Shown piece by piece: positions 31,276-41,967 of a DNA stretch of 64,000 nt. Numbering within the stretch: the stretch's first letter is position 1; each line of letters starts with the position of its first letter. Source of the DNA: Candidatus Dormiibacterota bacterium (GTDB taxonomy: Bacteria; Chloroflexota; Dormibacteria; Aeolococcales; Aeolococcaceae); assembly GCA_963709585.1 (NCBI GenBank), contig CAVPXI010000011.1, positions 1 to 64,000 of the forward strand, written 5' to 3'. The translations under genes and the position numbers were made by a program. The notes under the pieces are model-generated. The model made no database searches. It was not told the origin of the DNA and was given only the letters and a program-made list of their open reading frames with translations.

Positions 31276-32673
31276 GTGCCCCAACTGCCGCCGATCTCGC
31301 AAATCGCCAGGGTCCTGGCCGTCACCCTGTGGCTTGCACTTGTGGTCCCACTCGCGAGCATCGAGATCTCGCTGCTGGTTTCGCCCTCGCAAAACGTCGA
31401 GGCCGGCGGGCAATCGCTCGCTCTCAGCGCCGGACCGGCGGCGTCGACGTCAGGACCGGGCACGCTCGAGCTCTTCGGGCAATCGATCCCGACGACGCAG
31501 CAGTTTTCAGGCCCGATCCGACCACGTCTGCTGTGGGCGGAGGTCACCCACTACGACCAGCTGCTGCTCGCCCTCAAGCAGCCGGCCCATCTGGGGCAGG
31601 ACCTTCGAAACGGCTGGAGCGCGTACTTTGCGCGTCAGCTGGTCATCGCCGTGCTGGTGGCGGCCGCCCTTGCCGCACTGAGCTTCGCGCTGCTGCGCCG
31701 GGGATGGCAGGAGTTCGTCGCGGGCATCGCCGTGGCGTTAGTGGTCGCGGGTGTCGTCGACGCGGTGGCGATCACCAGCGCGGCGCAGGGACTGCAGCAG
31801 CTTTCTCAGGTGCGGACCCTCGACCAGCTCGTCGGTCGTTCGCCGCTCGCGGTCGACACGACTCCGCACCGGGCGCCGAACGCTACCGCGACCACCGTGG
31901 TCATCGGTGACTCCACCGCCGCGGGTGCGGGGAATCCGCAAGTCCCCCACGCCACCGTGGAGGACAGTGCCTGCCGGCGCAGCCGGGACAGCTACGCCGC
32001 CGACATCGCGGCGGTGAACGGCAGCACGGTGGTCAATCTCGCGTGCACCAACGCGTCGATCGAGAATGGTCTGTTTGCGGCCGAGGTGATCAACGGCGCG
32101 CTGATACCATCGCAACTCGCACAGCTGGAGGCGATGCAGGGCGTCAAGACCGTGATCGTCAGCATCGGCGCCAACGAGATGCACTGGACGCAGTTGATGG
32201 AACTCTGTCTGGTGGCCCCACAGTGCGACGACACCGCCTCGGCCGCATGGTTTGCCCAGGCGCTCGACAGTTTCACCATCGATTACTACGACCTGCTCCA
32301 GCGCCTGGCATCCCTGCCCGGACTGCCGCGGGTCATCGTCAACGAGTACTACGATCCGCTCCCCGTCAATCCGGACTGCGCCGGGCAGCCGGCGATCACC
32401 GCAGCCAAGTCCGCGGTGCTGCTGAACCGGTTGACGACCTTCAACACCGTGCTCGCCGACGGTGCTGCGAGCTTTGGTTTCGACGCTGTTGCACCGAACT
32501 TTGCAGGTCATGAGCTCTGCACGCCGCAGTCGTTCGTGCAGGGCCCCGCGGATTCCGCCCCGCTGCATCCCACGGCGGCGGGGGAGATCGCCATCGCGCT
32601 CGCCGACGAGCAGGCGCTGTTGAATCCGGCGCCACCGCGGCCGACGGGCGCGGCGACACCGACAGCCTCGTAA
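31276..32673 (+). CDS. Membrane-anchored SGNH/GDSL hydrolase
   Basis: N-terminal TMs; GDSTAAG, NLAC, SIGANE, PLHP. Confidence 0.82.
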   Translation: MPQLPPISQIARVLAVTLWLALVVPLASIEISLLVSPSQNVEAGGQSLALSAGPAASTSGPGTLELFGQSIPTTQQFSGPIRPRLLWAEVTHYDQLLLALKQPAHLGQDLRNGWSAYFARQLVIAVLVAAALAALSFALLRRGWQEFVAGIAVALVVAGVVDAVAITSAAQGLQQLSQVRTLDQLVGRSPLAVDTTPHRAPNATATTVVIGDSTAAGAGNPQVPHATVEDSACRRSRDSYAADIAAVNGSTVVNLACTNASIENGLFAAEVINGALIPSQLAQLEAMQGVKTVIVSIGANEMHWTQLMELCLVAPQCDDTASAAWFAQALDSFTIDYYDLLQRLASLPGLPRVIVNEYYDPLPVNPDCAGQPAITAAKSAVLLNRLTTFNTVLADGAASFGFDAVAPNFAGHELCTPQSFVQGPADSAPLHPTAAGEIAIALADEQALLNPAPPRPTGAATPTAS

Positions 32674-32743
32674 GCTACGACCCTACCTCTGCGAGAAGGT
32701 CGCGCGCACTACGCGCCTTCCGAGCCAACCGAGGGAATCGCTC

Positions 32744-33169
32744 ATGACCGCCGCCTCCGAATCGTTCGACTACCACGGCGCACTCGTGGTGATCGAAACC
32801 AACGCCGGTGAGGTCGTCTTCATCCATCCCCGAGGTGGCACGCCCGAGGCGCCGGCCTCGCTGCCGAGCAATCCGTGCGAGCCTGGAGAGACACCGGAGG
32901 CGGGCGCGGTGCGGATGGCGCGAGAGATGACCGGTCTGAACGTCACAATCGTGGGCGAGTTCATCACTTTCATTCAGCAGGGCACCCCGACCGGCACGAT
33001 GTGTGCCCACGGCTACCGAGCCCGCGTCGTCGGCGGAACGCTCCTCGATGTCGGACCTGAGGGCCCGGTGCGCGCGTATCCGATAGACGCGCTTCCGGCG
33101 ATCATCCCGATCCGAGCGGCGAACCAGCGCGTGCTCGACGCCTACCTCGAGCTGCGCGCTCAGGGCTGA
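32744..33169 (+). CDS. NUDIX-fold protein with a degenerate box
   Basis: EPGETPEAGAVRMAREMTGL resembles the Nudix box but lacks key Glu residues. Confidence 0.7.
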   Translation: MTAASESFDYHGALVVIETNAGEVVFIHPRGGTPEAPASLPSNPCEPGETPEAGAVRMAREMTGLNVTIVGEFITFIQQGTPTGTMCAHGYRARVVGGTLLDVGPEGPVRAYPIDALPAIIPIRAANQRVLDAYLELRAQG

Positions 33170-33220
33170 GGCGCCGGACCTCCCCCGGGCGCCACGCCGT
33201 CGCCCGTATCGTGACCGCGG

Positions 33221-34346
33221 ATGAGCCAGCGCGACACTCCGGCCCGCGCGGTCACCGCTGCAGGGTTCGCCGTCTTCCTGCTCCTCGGCGTGGTGATCGC
33301 CTCGTACGGGCCGTCGATTCCGCACATCATCGTCCGGTTCGACGTCGGCGTCAGCGTCGCCGGCCTGATCGTCACCGCGAACTTTCTCGGCGAGGTCATC
33401 GGGCTCATGGCGCTGGGCCTGACTCATGCTCGCTGGAGCCTGGGGCAGCGCCTGGGCGTTGGGACATCCGTGTTCGGCGTCGGATTGCTTGCGGCAGCGG
33501 CTGCTCCGACATGGCCGCTGCTGCTGCTTGCGGTCTTCGTGCTCGGTATCGGGGCAGGTGGTCTCGTGGCGCTCATCAACCTGTACTTCGCAACCAGGTT
33601 CGGGCACCGGAGTCCGGCGATGCTCGGCCTGGTGAACACCGCGTACGGGGTCGGCACCTTCATCGGGCCGGCGCTCGTCGCTGTGACACGCGGATACTCG
33701 GCCGTCTTCGCGGTCGTGGGCGCCGGCGTGCTGGTGTGCCTCGTATTCCTGCGTCGCGCCGAAGATGACGCGGTCGCGCGGCAGGCGCCACCGAGACTTC
33801 AACACCCGGACCCTGGGTCTTGTGATCACCTTCGCGCTGATGCTCCTGGTGTACGAGGGGCTCGAAGCAGGGGTCGGCACGTGGGAGGCGACGGATCTGC
33901 TCAGCCTGGGTGCGTCGGCTCAGTTCGCAGCGGCGGCCACCTCAGTGTATTGGGGAGCGTTCACCCTGGGCCGCGTGCTCACCGCGCCCCTTGCGGTGCG
34001 GTGGTCTCCGCAGCGAATCCTTGTGCCCGCCTTCATCATCGGCACGTTGCTGCTGCTCGCAATTCGTGCCGGGGTCTATCCGCCGGTGATGTTCGCGCTG
34101 GTCGGCCTGTGTGCGGCGCCGATCTTTCCTGTCGCGGTGTCGTGGATGACCCGGGTGATCCCCAACGCAACCACCCTGGTGACCTACGCGATCCTGGGAG
34201 CCGTGATTGGGAGTGCCATTGTGCCGGCCGCGCTTGGCGGCTTGATCGGGCTCGCGGGGGCCGTGCAGTTGCCGCTCGGTGTTGCGGCGTGCGCACTCGC
34301 GTCGCTCGGGATGGTGGGGGTCATCTCACTTCGATTGCGGCACTGA
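33221..34346 (+). CDS. MFS transporter (frameshifted near 33798)
   Basis: Two hydrophobic halves in adjacent frames, rejoined by removing one base (APPRLNTRTLGL). Confidence 0.85.
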
Positions 34347-34348
34347 GC

Positions 34349-35063
34349 TCATGGCTCGGGTGGCGTCACCGCGATCGCGATCCAGATGATCGTGTCTCCC
34401 TTGTGCAATTCGGCGAGTGCGGGGATGCCGTCGGTCACCTGGCCGAAGATGTCGTATTTGCGGCCGACGCCCGTGCTGTCGCCCCGGCTCATGAAGAACT
34501 GACTGCCGATCGCCGCAGGGTTGGCGCCGTACATCGCGACAGCACCGAAGAGGTACTCACCCACGACCGGGTCGGAGGCGAGGGAATAACCCGGACCTCC
34601 CGTCCCAGTGCTCGTGGGATCACCCGCGATTGCGAGCGATGCCCGCGCGGGACACGCCGCACCGGTGGCGTCGGGGCACACCTGGTAGACCGAGAGCCCG
34701 TCGTAGAAACCGTGCTCGGCGAGGAACACGAAGTCGTCGACCGCCTTGGGAGCGAACTCCGGGCGCAGACGCACGGAGATGATTCCGTGGCTCGTGTCGA
34801 CGTACGCGCAGTAACCGACGTTGTGCTTGATGACCGTGCGCGGCGCAACACTGAAGCTACGTGGCGGGCCGATGACAGCTGTGTGCGCGAGCGGTGCCGG
34901 GCATGTCACGGCGGACTGAATCGATGCGAGATGAGTTCGAACTCGCAGGCGCAACGGACGCGCTGCAACTGGTAATCAATCCAGCGGCGCAGGCCGCCGA
35001 TAACGCATATGTGGTGTGGCGAATTCTGGTGGCGAGCAGACCTTGCTTCGGCATTGGCGGCAC
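34349..35063 (-). CDS. Cyclophilin-type peptidyl-prolyl isomerase-like lipoprotein (frameshifted near 34938)
   Basis: Lipobox-like LITSC; APKAVDDFVFLAEHGFYDG, GDPTSTGTGGPGY, GSQFF, IFGQV. Confidence 0.8.
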
Positions 35064-35242
35064 AGTGTACTTGGTATCGCATTTTTGTGATCATCCTCTG
35101 TACTCAAGCCGACATACACGCCGAAATCGTTGGTACACAAGGGCTTGCGGTATGGTGCAGTGTTGAGATCGAACTTGACATTGCTGGCGCAAGCTGTGAG
35201 GATCCGGCTCGAGGGGTCTCGACGCTATGACGGAGGCCGGTC

Positions 35243-36679
35243 GTGGATCACGTTCAAAATCGAGACCAGGTTGGAGGGCATCGACGTTGGTTCGTCGGTG
35301 CCGGGATATGTCTGCCGCTGGCGTTAGCGCTGTCGCAGACTCTGCCTGCGCACGCGGGGCCGGCAGTGCAAAGCGCGTTCACCCCGATCACGCCGGTGCG
35401 TGCTCTTGACAGCCGTAATGCGGGCCAGACGGCGTTCCATCTTTCCCCAGGAAATGAGACCGACACATGGCAAGTGAGCGGCGCGAACGGTATTCCGTCG
35501 GGCGCAACCGCCATCGTGCTCAACCTCACCGTGACCAACGTATCCAACAACACGTTCCTGACCGCGTACCCCGCGGCCGCAGGGACGCCGCCGGCAACGT
35601 CGAACGTCAACGCAACCGCCGGGAAAGCTTCGAGCAGCGTCGTGGTCGTACAGCTGAGTGCGGGCGGAGCGATCGACATCTTCAACGCCGTCGGCAGCGC
35701 CGACATCATCCTCGATTACTTCGGCTACTACGCTGCCGTTAGCACCACCGCTGGACCGACCGGTCCTACCGGCGCGACCGGCACCGCCGGGTCGACCGGC
35801 GCCACCGGGCCGCCAGGCAGCATCGGGTCAACCGGCGCTTCCGGAGCAACCGGGGCCACCGGTCCCATCGGGCCATCTGGTGGACCGATTGGGCCCACCG
35901 GAGCAACCGGTAGCACAGGAGCAACGGGATCCACGGGAGCCACCGGGGCGACCGGCTCTGTCGGTGCCACGGGCATTGACGGACCGGCGGGTAACACCGG
36001 AGCCACCGGAGCCGTCGGCGCGACGGGATCCGTTGGGCCAGCCGGGGCTGCCGGACCGACCGGAACCACCGGAACCACGGGTGCGGCCGGGGCGACCGGA
36101 GCCACCGGATCCATGGGTCCCGCTGGTAATACGGGAGCAACCGGAGCGGTTGGGTCCGCCGGCGCGACAGGTCCAACCGGAAGCGCCGGACCAGTTGGCG
36201 CAGCGGGAGCGACCGGGGCAGCCGGAGCAACCGGGGCCACCGGAACATCCGGGGCTGCCGGTGCAAGTGGAACCGCCGGAGCGACCGGATCCGCAGGCGC
36301 GACCGGAACCGCAGGCGCAACCGGTGCTAGCGGAGCCACGGGCTCTGCCGGACCCACCGGGACCGCGGGTGCGACCGGACCGGCCGGCGCTGCCGGAGCG
36401 ACAGGCTCGACCGGAGCAACCGGAGCCATCGCGATCTATACCTCGACCGGGACGCTGCTGACAGGCACCCACGCGGTGCAAGGAGTTGCCGTCGCTGGGA
36501 GCTCGGTCACCCTCACAGGATCGGCGGTCTTCGGATCGGCGACCTCCTACGCTTGCTACGGTTCTGACGGCGCACAACCGGGAGTCCCGGTGGTGTTCTC
36601 ATACGCGTCCGCCAGCACGTTCACGCCGAATGGTGCGGCTCCAGGCGACGCGCTCCGATACATCTGCATCGGTAACTAA
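35243..36679 (+). CDS. Secreted collagen-like surface protein
   Basis: Signal peptide, N-terminal beta domain, ~75 Gly-X-Y triplets (many with Thr at Y), C-terminal ~80-aa domain with 2 Cys. Confidence 0.9.
   Translation: MDHVQNRDQVGGHRRWFVGAGICLPLALALSQTLPAHAGPAVQSAFTPITPVRALDSRNAGQTAFHLSPGNETDTWQVSGANGIPSGATAIVLNLTVTNVSNNTFLTAYPAAAGTPPATSNVNATAGKASSSVVVVQLSAGGAIDIFNAVGSADIILDYFGYYAAVSTTAGPTGPTGATGTAGSTGATGPPGSIGSTGASGATGATGPIGPSGGPIGPTGATGSTGATGSTGATGATGSVGATGIDGPAGNTGATGAVGATGSVGPAGAAGPTGTTGTTGAAGATGATGSMGPAGNTGATGAVGSAGATGPTGSAGPVGAAGATGAAGATGATGTSGAAGASGTAGATGSAGATGTAGATGASGATGSAGPTGTAGATGPAGAAGATGSTGATGAIAIYTSTGTLLTGTHAVQGVAVAGSSVTLTGSAVFGSATSYACYGSDGAQPGVPVVFSYASASTFTPNGAAPGDALRYICIGN
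35753..36430 (+). repeat. Collagen triple-helix repeat region
   Basis: 14 + 61 GXY triplets with one single-Gly interruption (GPS-G-GPI). Confidence 0.95.
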
Positions 36680-36866
36680 CTAGATGCAGTCGGTTACCTC
36701 ACTGGACTGATCGCAACGGCTCGGGTTCGTCCCGCCCCTGGCACAGCGTGTGCTCAGGCGGGGCGGCCCGAGCCCGCGCTTTGAACATTGTGTGGCGGAC
36801 TCACAAGTGACAACAGCTGATGACATTCGTGGCACTGCGCCGCGATCCTCGTGGAGGGTGATCGCA

Positions 36867-37442
36867 TTGGGCAGGAAGGGCATCACGGCCCTCGCGCTTG
36901 GGCCGGTCCTCGTCGGTGTCGCGGCCTGCGGGTCGCCGCATGCGACGCCGGCCCAGGCGGCGACGACGCTCGTAACCCAGGGGCTCAAGGCGCAGTTGGC
37001 GGGAGATCTGGCAACGGCGGCGAGCGACTACCAGCAAGCGATTCGCCTCGACGGGAGCAGCATGGTCGCTCACTACGACCTCGGCACCGTCTACGACCAG
37101 CAGCGGAGCTCGGCGCAGGCCGTGAGCGAGTATCAGGCGGCGCTGGTCATCGATCCCAGCTTTCCCGACGCACTTTTCAACCTCGCCGTGGACACGGCCG
37201 GGAGCAATCCCGAGAGCGCCTCGATGCTGTACAGCAGGGTGGTGTCATTGCAACCGAGCTATGCGGCGGCATGGCTCAACCTCGGGTTCGCGTTGATGAC
37301 GCAGGGCGACGAAGTCCGGGCGAGGGCAGACTGGGCAAAGGCGATCGCACTCGATCCGACCCTGGCTTCGCGCCTTCCAAAGGCCACGCCGACGCCGGCT
37401 GCATTGTCATCGCCGTCGCCGACCCGAACGCCGAAGCCATAG
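36867..37442 (+). CDS. TPR-repeat lipoprotein
   Basis: GGAGG then TTG start; lipobox VAAC; AHYDLG, ALFNLA, AWLNLG TPR motifs; PT-rich tail. Confidence 0.82.
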   Translation: MGRKGITALALGPVLVGVAACGSPHATPAQAATTLVTQGLKAQLAGDLATAASDYQQAIRLDGSSMVAHYDLGTVYDQQRSSAQAVSEYQAALVIDPSFPDALFNLAVDTAGSNPESASMLYSRVVSLQPSYAAAWLNLGFALMTQGDEVRARADWAKAIALDPTLASRLPKATPTPAALSSPSPTRTPKP

Positions 37443-37473
37443 TCCGGCGAAGACAGACACGCCGGATGCGCCG

Positions 37474-39744
37474 ATGAAGACTCGCGTGCGCCGTGAGCGC
37501 GTGCTGATCGGATCCGTGCGACCGCAGCCGCGTCGCATGCAGCGAGCGCCCATCAAGACGAATGTCGCGCCGCCGCGGCACCATCATTGGCTGCGTCTGG
37601 CGCCGTGGGTCTTCGTCGCCGGTGCGTGCATGTTCGGTCTGGTCACGCTCGCAGGCGAGCTTGCACCGGTGCAACCGGTCAACGACGAGACATTTCACTA
37701 CGAGATGGTGCGCTGGGCCGTGCAACAGATACACCAGGGAAACATGCTGCCCCTGGACGGCTGGTTTCCATATCTGAATCTCGGAGTGGCTCAGTTCTCG
37801 CACTACCAGAGCCTGCCGCATCTGATCACCGCCTACATATCGCTCATCTTCGGAACCGACTCCACAGAGCGATGGATGGGGTACCTCCTCTTCGCATTGT
37901 TTCCGTTGAGCGTCTACACCGGGACCAGGCTGCTCGGATGGTCCGCATGGGCGGCTGGAGGCGCGGCGCTCGTATCGCCGCTGCTGATCAGCGTCACCGG
38001 GTACGGATACAAGTCCTTCAGCTACACGTGGTTGGGCAACGGGCTCTGGTCGCAGGAGTGGGGGATGTTTCTGCTCCCACTGGCATGGGGCTTCACGTGG
38101 CGAGCAGTCGATGGTGTCGGACGTGGACGATACGCGCTCGCGGCGCTGGCCGTCGGGCTCACCATCGCGATGCATTTCCTCACCGGGTACTTCGTGATGC
38201 TGTCGATCGGCGTCTTCGCGATCGTGGTGTGGCGAGGGCTCCTCCCGCGCATCGGGCGTGCCGCGTTGGTGTTCGGCGGCGCGGCGCTGGTCGCGTCGTG
38301 GGTGCTGGTGCCATTGATCACCGACGCCGCGTACTTCAACGCAAGTGAGTTCAACACCAATACGTTCTGGCTGAACTCATGGGGAGCACCGCAGGTGCTC
38401 GGTTGGCTGTTCACCGGTCAGGTCTTCGACGCGGGCAGGTTCCCGATCGTGAGCCTGCTCGCCCTGCTTGGCGCCGGGGTCTGCGTCTCTCGCTTCCGCC
38501 AGGATGCTCGAGCGCGTGCGCTGCTCGGACTCCTGGCGCTCAGCTTCGTGCTGTTCTCCGGGCGCCCGACATTCGGGTTGATTCTGAACCTGCTTCCCGG
38601 GAACAGCGACCTCTATCTCCACCGCTACATCATGGGAATCCAGCTCTCAGGCGTGATGCTGGCCGGGGTGGGGCTAGCGTGGGCGGGCGAGCACATCCTC
38701 GTGTTGGCGCGCAGGTGGAAACCGCGCATCCGGCCGGTTCCGGTCATCGCCGGCCTCATGGGCGCCGCGGTCCTGATCACGCTGCCCGCTTGGTTTGATC
38801 GCGCCACCTATGCGGCCGCGGACAACACCAGCCTCGCGGTGCAGGTCGCCACCGACCAGACCGACGGGGCGGCGCTCGACGTGCTCATCAACACCATCAA
38901 TGCTCGCGGCGGTGGACGCGCATACGCCGGGTTGCCGGGAAACTGGGGGCGGCTGTACGAGATCGGTCAGGTGCCGGTGTACGAATACCTCGCCGATCAC
39001 AGCGTCGACGAGGTCGGGTACGTGCTGCGCACCCCGTCGATCGTGGCCGACAACGAGGCGTACTTCAACCAGAACGATCCTGCGCAGTACCAGCTCTACA
39101 ACGTTCGCTACATCCTGATGCCGAGCGGGATGCCACCGCCGGTACCGGCCACCCTGATTGCCTCGAGCGGACGGCACCGGCTGTGGCTGGTGGCAACCAC
39201 CGGCTACATCCAGGTCGTCGACACCGCCGGCGTCGTCGAGGCGGACCGCACGGACATGGCGTCGCAGATGCAACCCTTCTTGCGTTCGGGAGCGTTCCGC
39301 TCTGGCGAGCTGGCGACGGTCGCATACGACGGACGCACAGCCGCCACCCCGACGCTTCCCATCGGGGCGACGCCTGGCACGCCCGCGGGCACGAGCACCG
39401 ATGTGCTCGTCCAGGCGCAGAACGGTTTCTTTGCGGCCGAGGTGACCGCGAACAGGAAGGCGGCGGTGGTGCTCAAGGCGACCTTCGATCCGCGCTGGCA
39501 TGTGATCGTGGACGGGACGGCGGTGGTTCCGTACATGGTGGTCCCTGGTTTTGTGGCCGTCACCGTGGGGCCCGGGCAGCACGCCGTGGTCTTCCAGTAC
39601 ATCGCGTACTCGCACTACACGCTCCTGCTCGGCATCGGCGGAATGACCCTGCTCGTCCTCGCGCTCGGCCCTTGGCTCATCAGAACCTGGGGTCGCCGCG
39701 TCCTGCGGCCACTCATCGGGCAGCTCAGGCGGTTGAAGAGGTGA
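37474..39744 (+). CDS. YfhO-like / GT-C multi-TM glycosyltransferase
   Basis: NDETFH in the first external loop, WFPYLNLGVAQFSHYQSLPH, many TMs, C-terminal FDPRWHVIVDG..VGPGQHAVVFQY YfhO-like domain. Confidence 0.75.
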   Translation: MKTRVRRERVLIGSVRPQPRRMQRAPIKTNVAPPRHHHWLRLAPWVFVAGACMFGLVTLAGELAPVQPVNDETFHYEMVRWAVQQIHQGNMLPLDGWFPYLNLGVAQFSHYQSLPHLITAYISLIFGTDSTERWMGYLLFALFPLSVYTGTRLLGWSAWAAGGAALVSPLLISVTGYGYKSFSYTWLGNGLWSQEWGMFLLPLAWGFTWRAVDGVGRGRYALAALAVGLTIAMHFLTGYFVMLSIGVFAIVVWRGLLPRIGRAALVFGGAALVASWVLVPLITDAAYFNASEFNTNTFWLNSWGAPQVLGWLFTGQVFDAGRFPIVSLLALLGAGVCVSRFRQDARARALLGLLALSFVLFSGRPTFGLILNLLPGNSDLYLHRYIMGIQLSGVMLAGVGLAWAGEHILVLARRWKPRIRPVPVIAGLMGAAVLITLPAWFDRATYAAADNTSLAVQVATDQTDGAALDVLINTINARGGGRAYAGLPGNWGRLYEIGQVPVYEYLADHSVDEVGYVLRTPSIVADNEAYFNQNDPAQYQLYNVRYILMPSGMPPPVPATLIASSGRHRLWLVATTGYIQVVDTAGVVEADRTDMASQMQPFLRSGAFRSGELATVAYDGRTAATPTLPIGATPGTPAGTSTDVLVQAQNGFFAAEVTANRKAAVVLKATFDPRWHVIVDGTAVVPYMVVPGFVAVTVGPGQHAVVFQYIAYSHYTLLLGIGGMTLLVLALGPWLIRTWGRRVLRPLIGQLRRLKR

Positions 39745-40993
39745 GGCGTCTCCTCGAGGTTTCGATCCTGATGCCGTGCTTGAACGAGGCCGAGACGATC
39801 GGGAGGTGTATCGACAGTGCACGTGCGTCGATCGCTCAGATGAATCTGCGCGCCGAGGTTCTGGTCGCGGACAACGGCAGCACCGACGGGTCACAGCAGA
39901 TCGCTCTTGCCCACGGGGCGAAGGTCGTCATCGTCGATGAGCCCGGGTATGGGGCGGCGATTCGCGGCGGCGTCGCTGCGTCGTCGAGCCGCTTCATCAT
40001 CATGGGGGACGCCGACGAAAGCTACGATTTCGGCGAGATCCCCCCGATCCTCGAACGGCTGCGGGTCGGCGACGACCTGGTCATGGGCAACCGCTTCACC
40101 GGCGGGATCGAGAAGGGTGCAATGCCCTGGTCGCATCGGTGGATCGGGAATCCGGTGCTGTCCCTGACCGGACGGATCTTCTTCTCATCGAGCGTGCGCG
40201 ACTTCCACTGCGGACTGCGCGGTTTCAGTGTCGACGCGTTCAGGCGAATGCGTCTCAACACCACCGGCATGGAGTTCGCCAGCGAGATCGTCGTGAAGGC
40301 TTCGCTGGCGAGCATGAAGGTGAGTGAGGTACCGATATCGCTGCACAAGGACGGCAGGAGCCGCCGCCGCACCTGCGCACCTGGCGCGATGGGTGGCGGC
40401 ATCTTCGATTCCTGCTGCTCTTCTGCCCGCGATGGCTCTTTCTCATCCCGGGCCTCGCGCTCATGCTCTCGGGATCGGCAATGACCATCTGGCTGCTCGG
40501 CGGAACCCGGTATGTCGGCTCGATCGGCCTTGACATCCACACGATGCTGGTGAGCGGCGTCTCCGCACTGATGGGGTACGAGCTGGTGCTGTTCGGCGCC
40601 TTCATCAAGGTCTTCGGCATGCGCGCCGGGTTCTTACCCGCAGATCGGCGAATGGAGCGCTTCTTCCGCGTGGCGACACTGGAAAAGGGACTGCTCGCTG
40701 GGGCGATCCTCACCGTGACAGGCTCGGCACTCGTGCTCGCCGCCGTGGTGAGCTGGGGCCGGGGTGGCTACGGGGCCCTCGACACCGAAGCGTCGATGCG
40801 AACCTTGATCGTCGCCATGCTCCTGATCGCCGCAGGAGTGCAGACAATCTTCGCCAGCTTTGTGATGAGCATGCTGGGCATCAGAGAAACCGTCGTCAAG
40901 CCATCACCGGTGGTGCTCGAGCCCGCAGACGAGGCCGAGGTCATCGGGGTCGGCGCGGTGATCCCGAGGCGCGCGATATCAGGTCGACGATAG
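39741..40993 (+). CDS. GT2 polyprenyl-phosphate sugar synthase-like protein with C-terminal TMs (frameshifted near 40365)
   Basis: SILMPCLNE, ADNGSTDGS, GDADESYD, DFHCGLRGF, GMEFASE, HLRTWRDGWRHLRF. Confidence 0.88.
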
Positions 40994-41610
40994 TGCTGGC
41001 GGAACGGCTTCACGGCGGCTATGTGGTTGGACGTCGGGTACGGGTGCTGGCGGACAACCTCACGGGGTTGATCCCGCCTGCCGTCAGCGTGCTCGATATC
41101 GGATGTGGTGACGGTGTGCTCGGAAGCGTCCTCACCACCCGGCGCCCGGACATCTCCCTGGTGGGAGCCGAGGTTCTCCTCCAGCCGCGGAGCCGCATAC
41201 CGATCACGGCGTTCGACGGTCTGACGCTGCCATTCCCCGACCATGCGGTGGACGTCGCGCTCCTCGTCGATGTCGTTCATCACGCGTCCGATCCGCACCG
41301 CCTGCTGGCGGAGGCGGCTCGCGTGGCGACAACCGCGGTGATCATCAAGGACCACCACCTGCGCGGGATGTTCGCACGCCCCACGCTCGCCTTCATGGAC
41401 CGCATCGGCAACGCTCGACACGGCGTCGCCCTCCCATACCACTACTGGACGCCCGACGAATGGCGCGATGCCTTCGCGCGGATGCACGCCACGGTCCGTG
41501 TCGAGACCACGAAGCTCGGGCTCTATCCGGCGCCGGCCAGATGGGTCTTCGAGCGTTCACTGCACTTCGTCGCGCTGCTCGGCCTGAAGCCACCGCGCTG
41601 GGAAACGTGA
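40993..41610 (+). CDS. Class I SAM-dependent methyltransferase
   Basis: VLDIGCGDG, LPFPD, DVVHH, IIKDH. Confidence 0.88.
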   Translation: MLAERLHGGYVVGRRVRVLADNLTGLIPPAVSVLDIGCGDGVLGSVLTTRRPDISLVGAEVLLQPRSRIPITAFDGLTLPFPDHAVDVALLVDVVHHASDPHRLLAEAARVATTAVIIKDHHLRGMFARPTLAFMDRIGNARHGVALPYHYWTPDEWRDAFARMHATVRVETTKLGLYPAPARWVFERSLHFVALLGLKPPRWET

Positions 41611-41724
41611 GGAGCGGCGGATTTGCAACGGTTCTGAGCCGAGGCTGTGCCGACGTGGCCGCTGACGCGGTCCATCGGCCAATTCGGAACAGGCTATGCC
41701 AATGATTCCAGGCGTCACCCTGCC

Positions 41725-41916
41725 ATGACCGGCCGTCAGACGACACCCAGGCAGGACCCGCTCCCCCCGGAAGTCGGCTTTGGCGAGCTGATGACCCGGA
41801 TGATCTCGGCCAATCGACTCGAGCAAGCGAAGCGCGCCAGGGCCGACGGCACCGGTCGCGGCTACCCGCGGGACGGGATGGACATGCGCCGGCCCCCCGA
41901 AAGCCCGCCAGCCTGA
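41725..41916 (+). CDS. Small hypothetical protein
   Basis: Short ORF filling the gap; no recognisable motif. Confidence 0.3.
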   Translation: MTGRQTTPRQDPLPPEVGFGELMTRMISANRLEQAKRARADGTGRGYPRDGMDMRRPPESPPA

Positions 41917-41967
41917 CCCCTCGACGCCTGAGACCGCCGCCGCGCCACGGGGACTCCGCCCAGCAGG

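Noticed and set aside
35728-36577. (PVA)n and other repeat ORFs; possible CRISPR-like periodicity
   Set aside because: Antisense or alternate frames of the collagen repeat; no repeat-spacer structure and no cas genes
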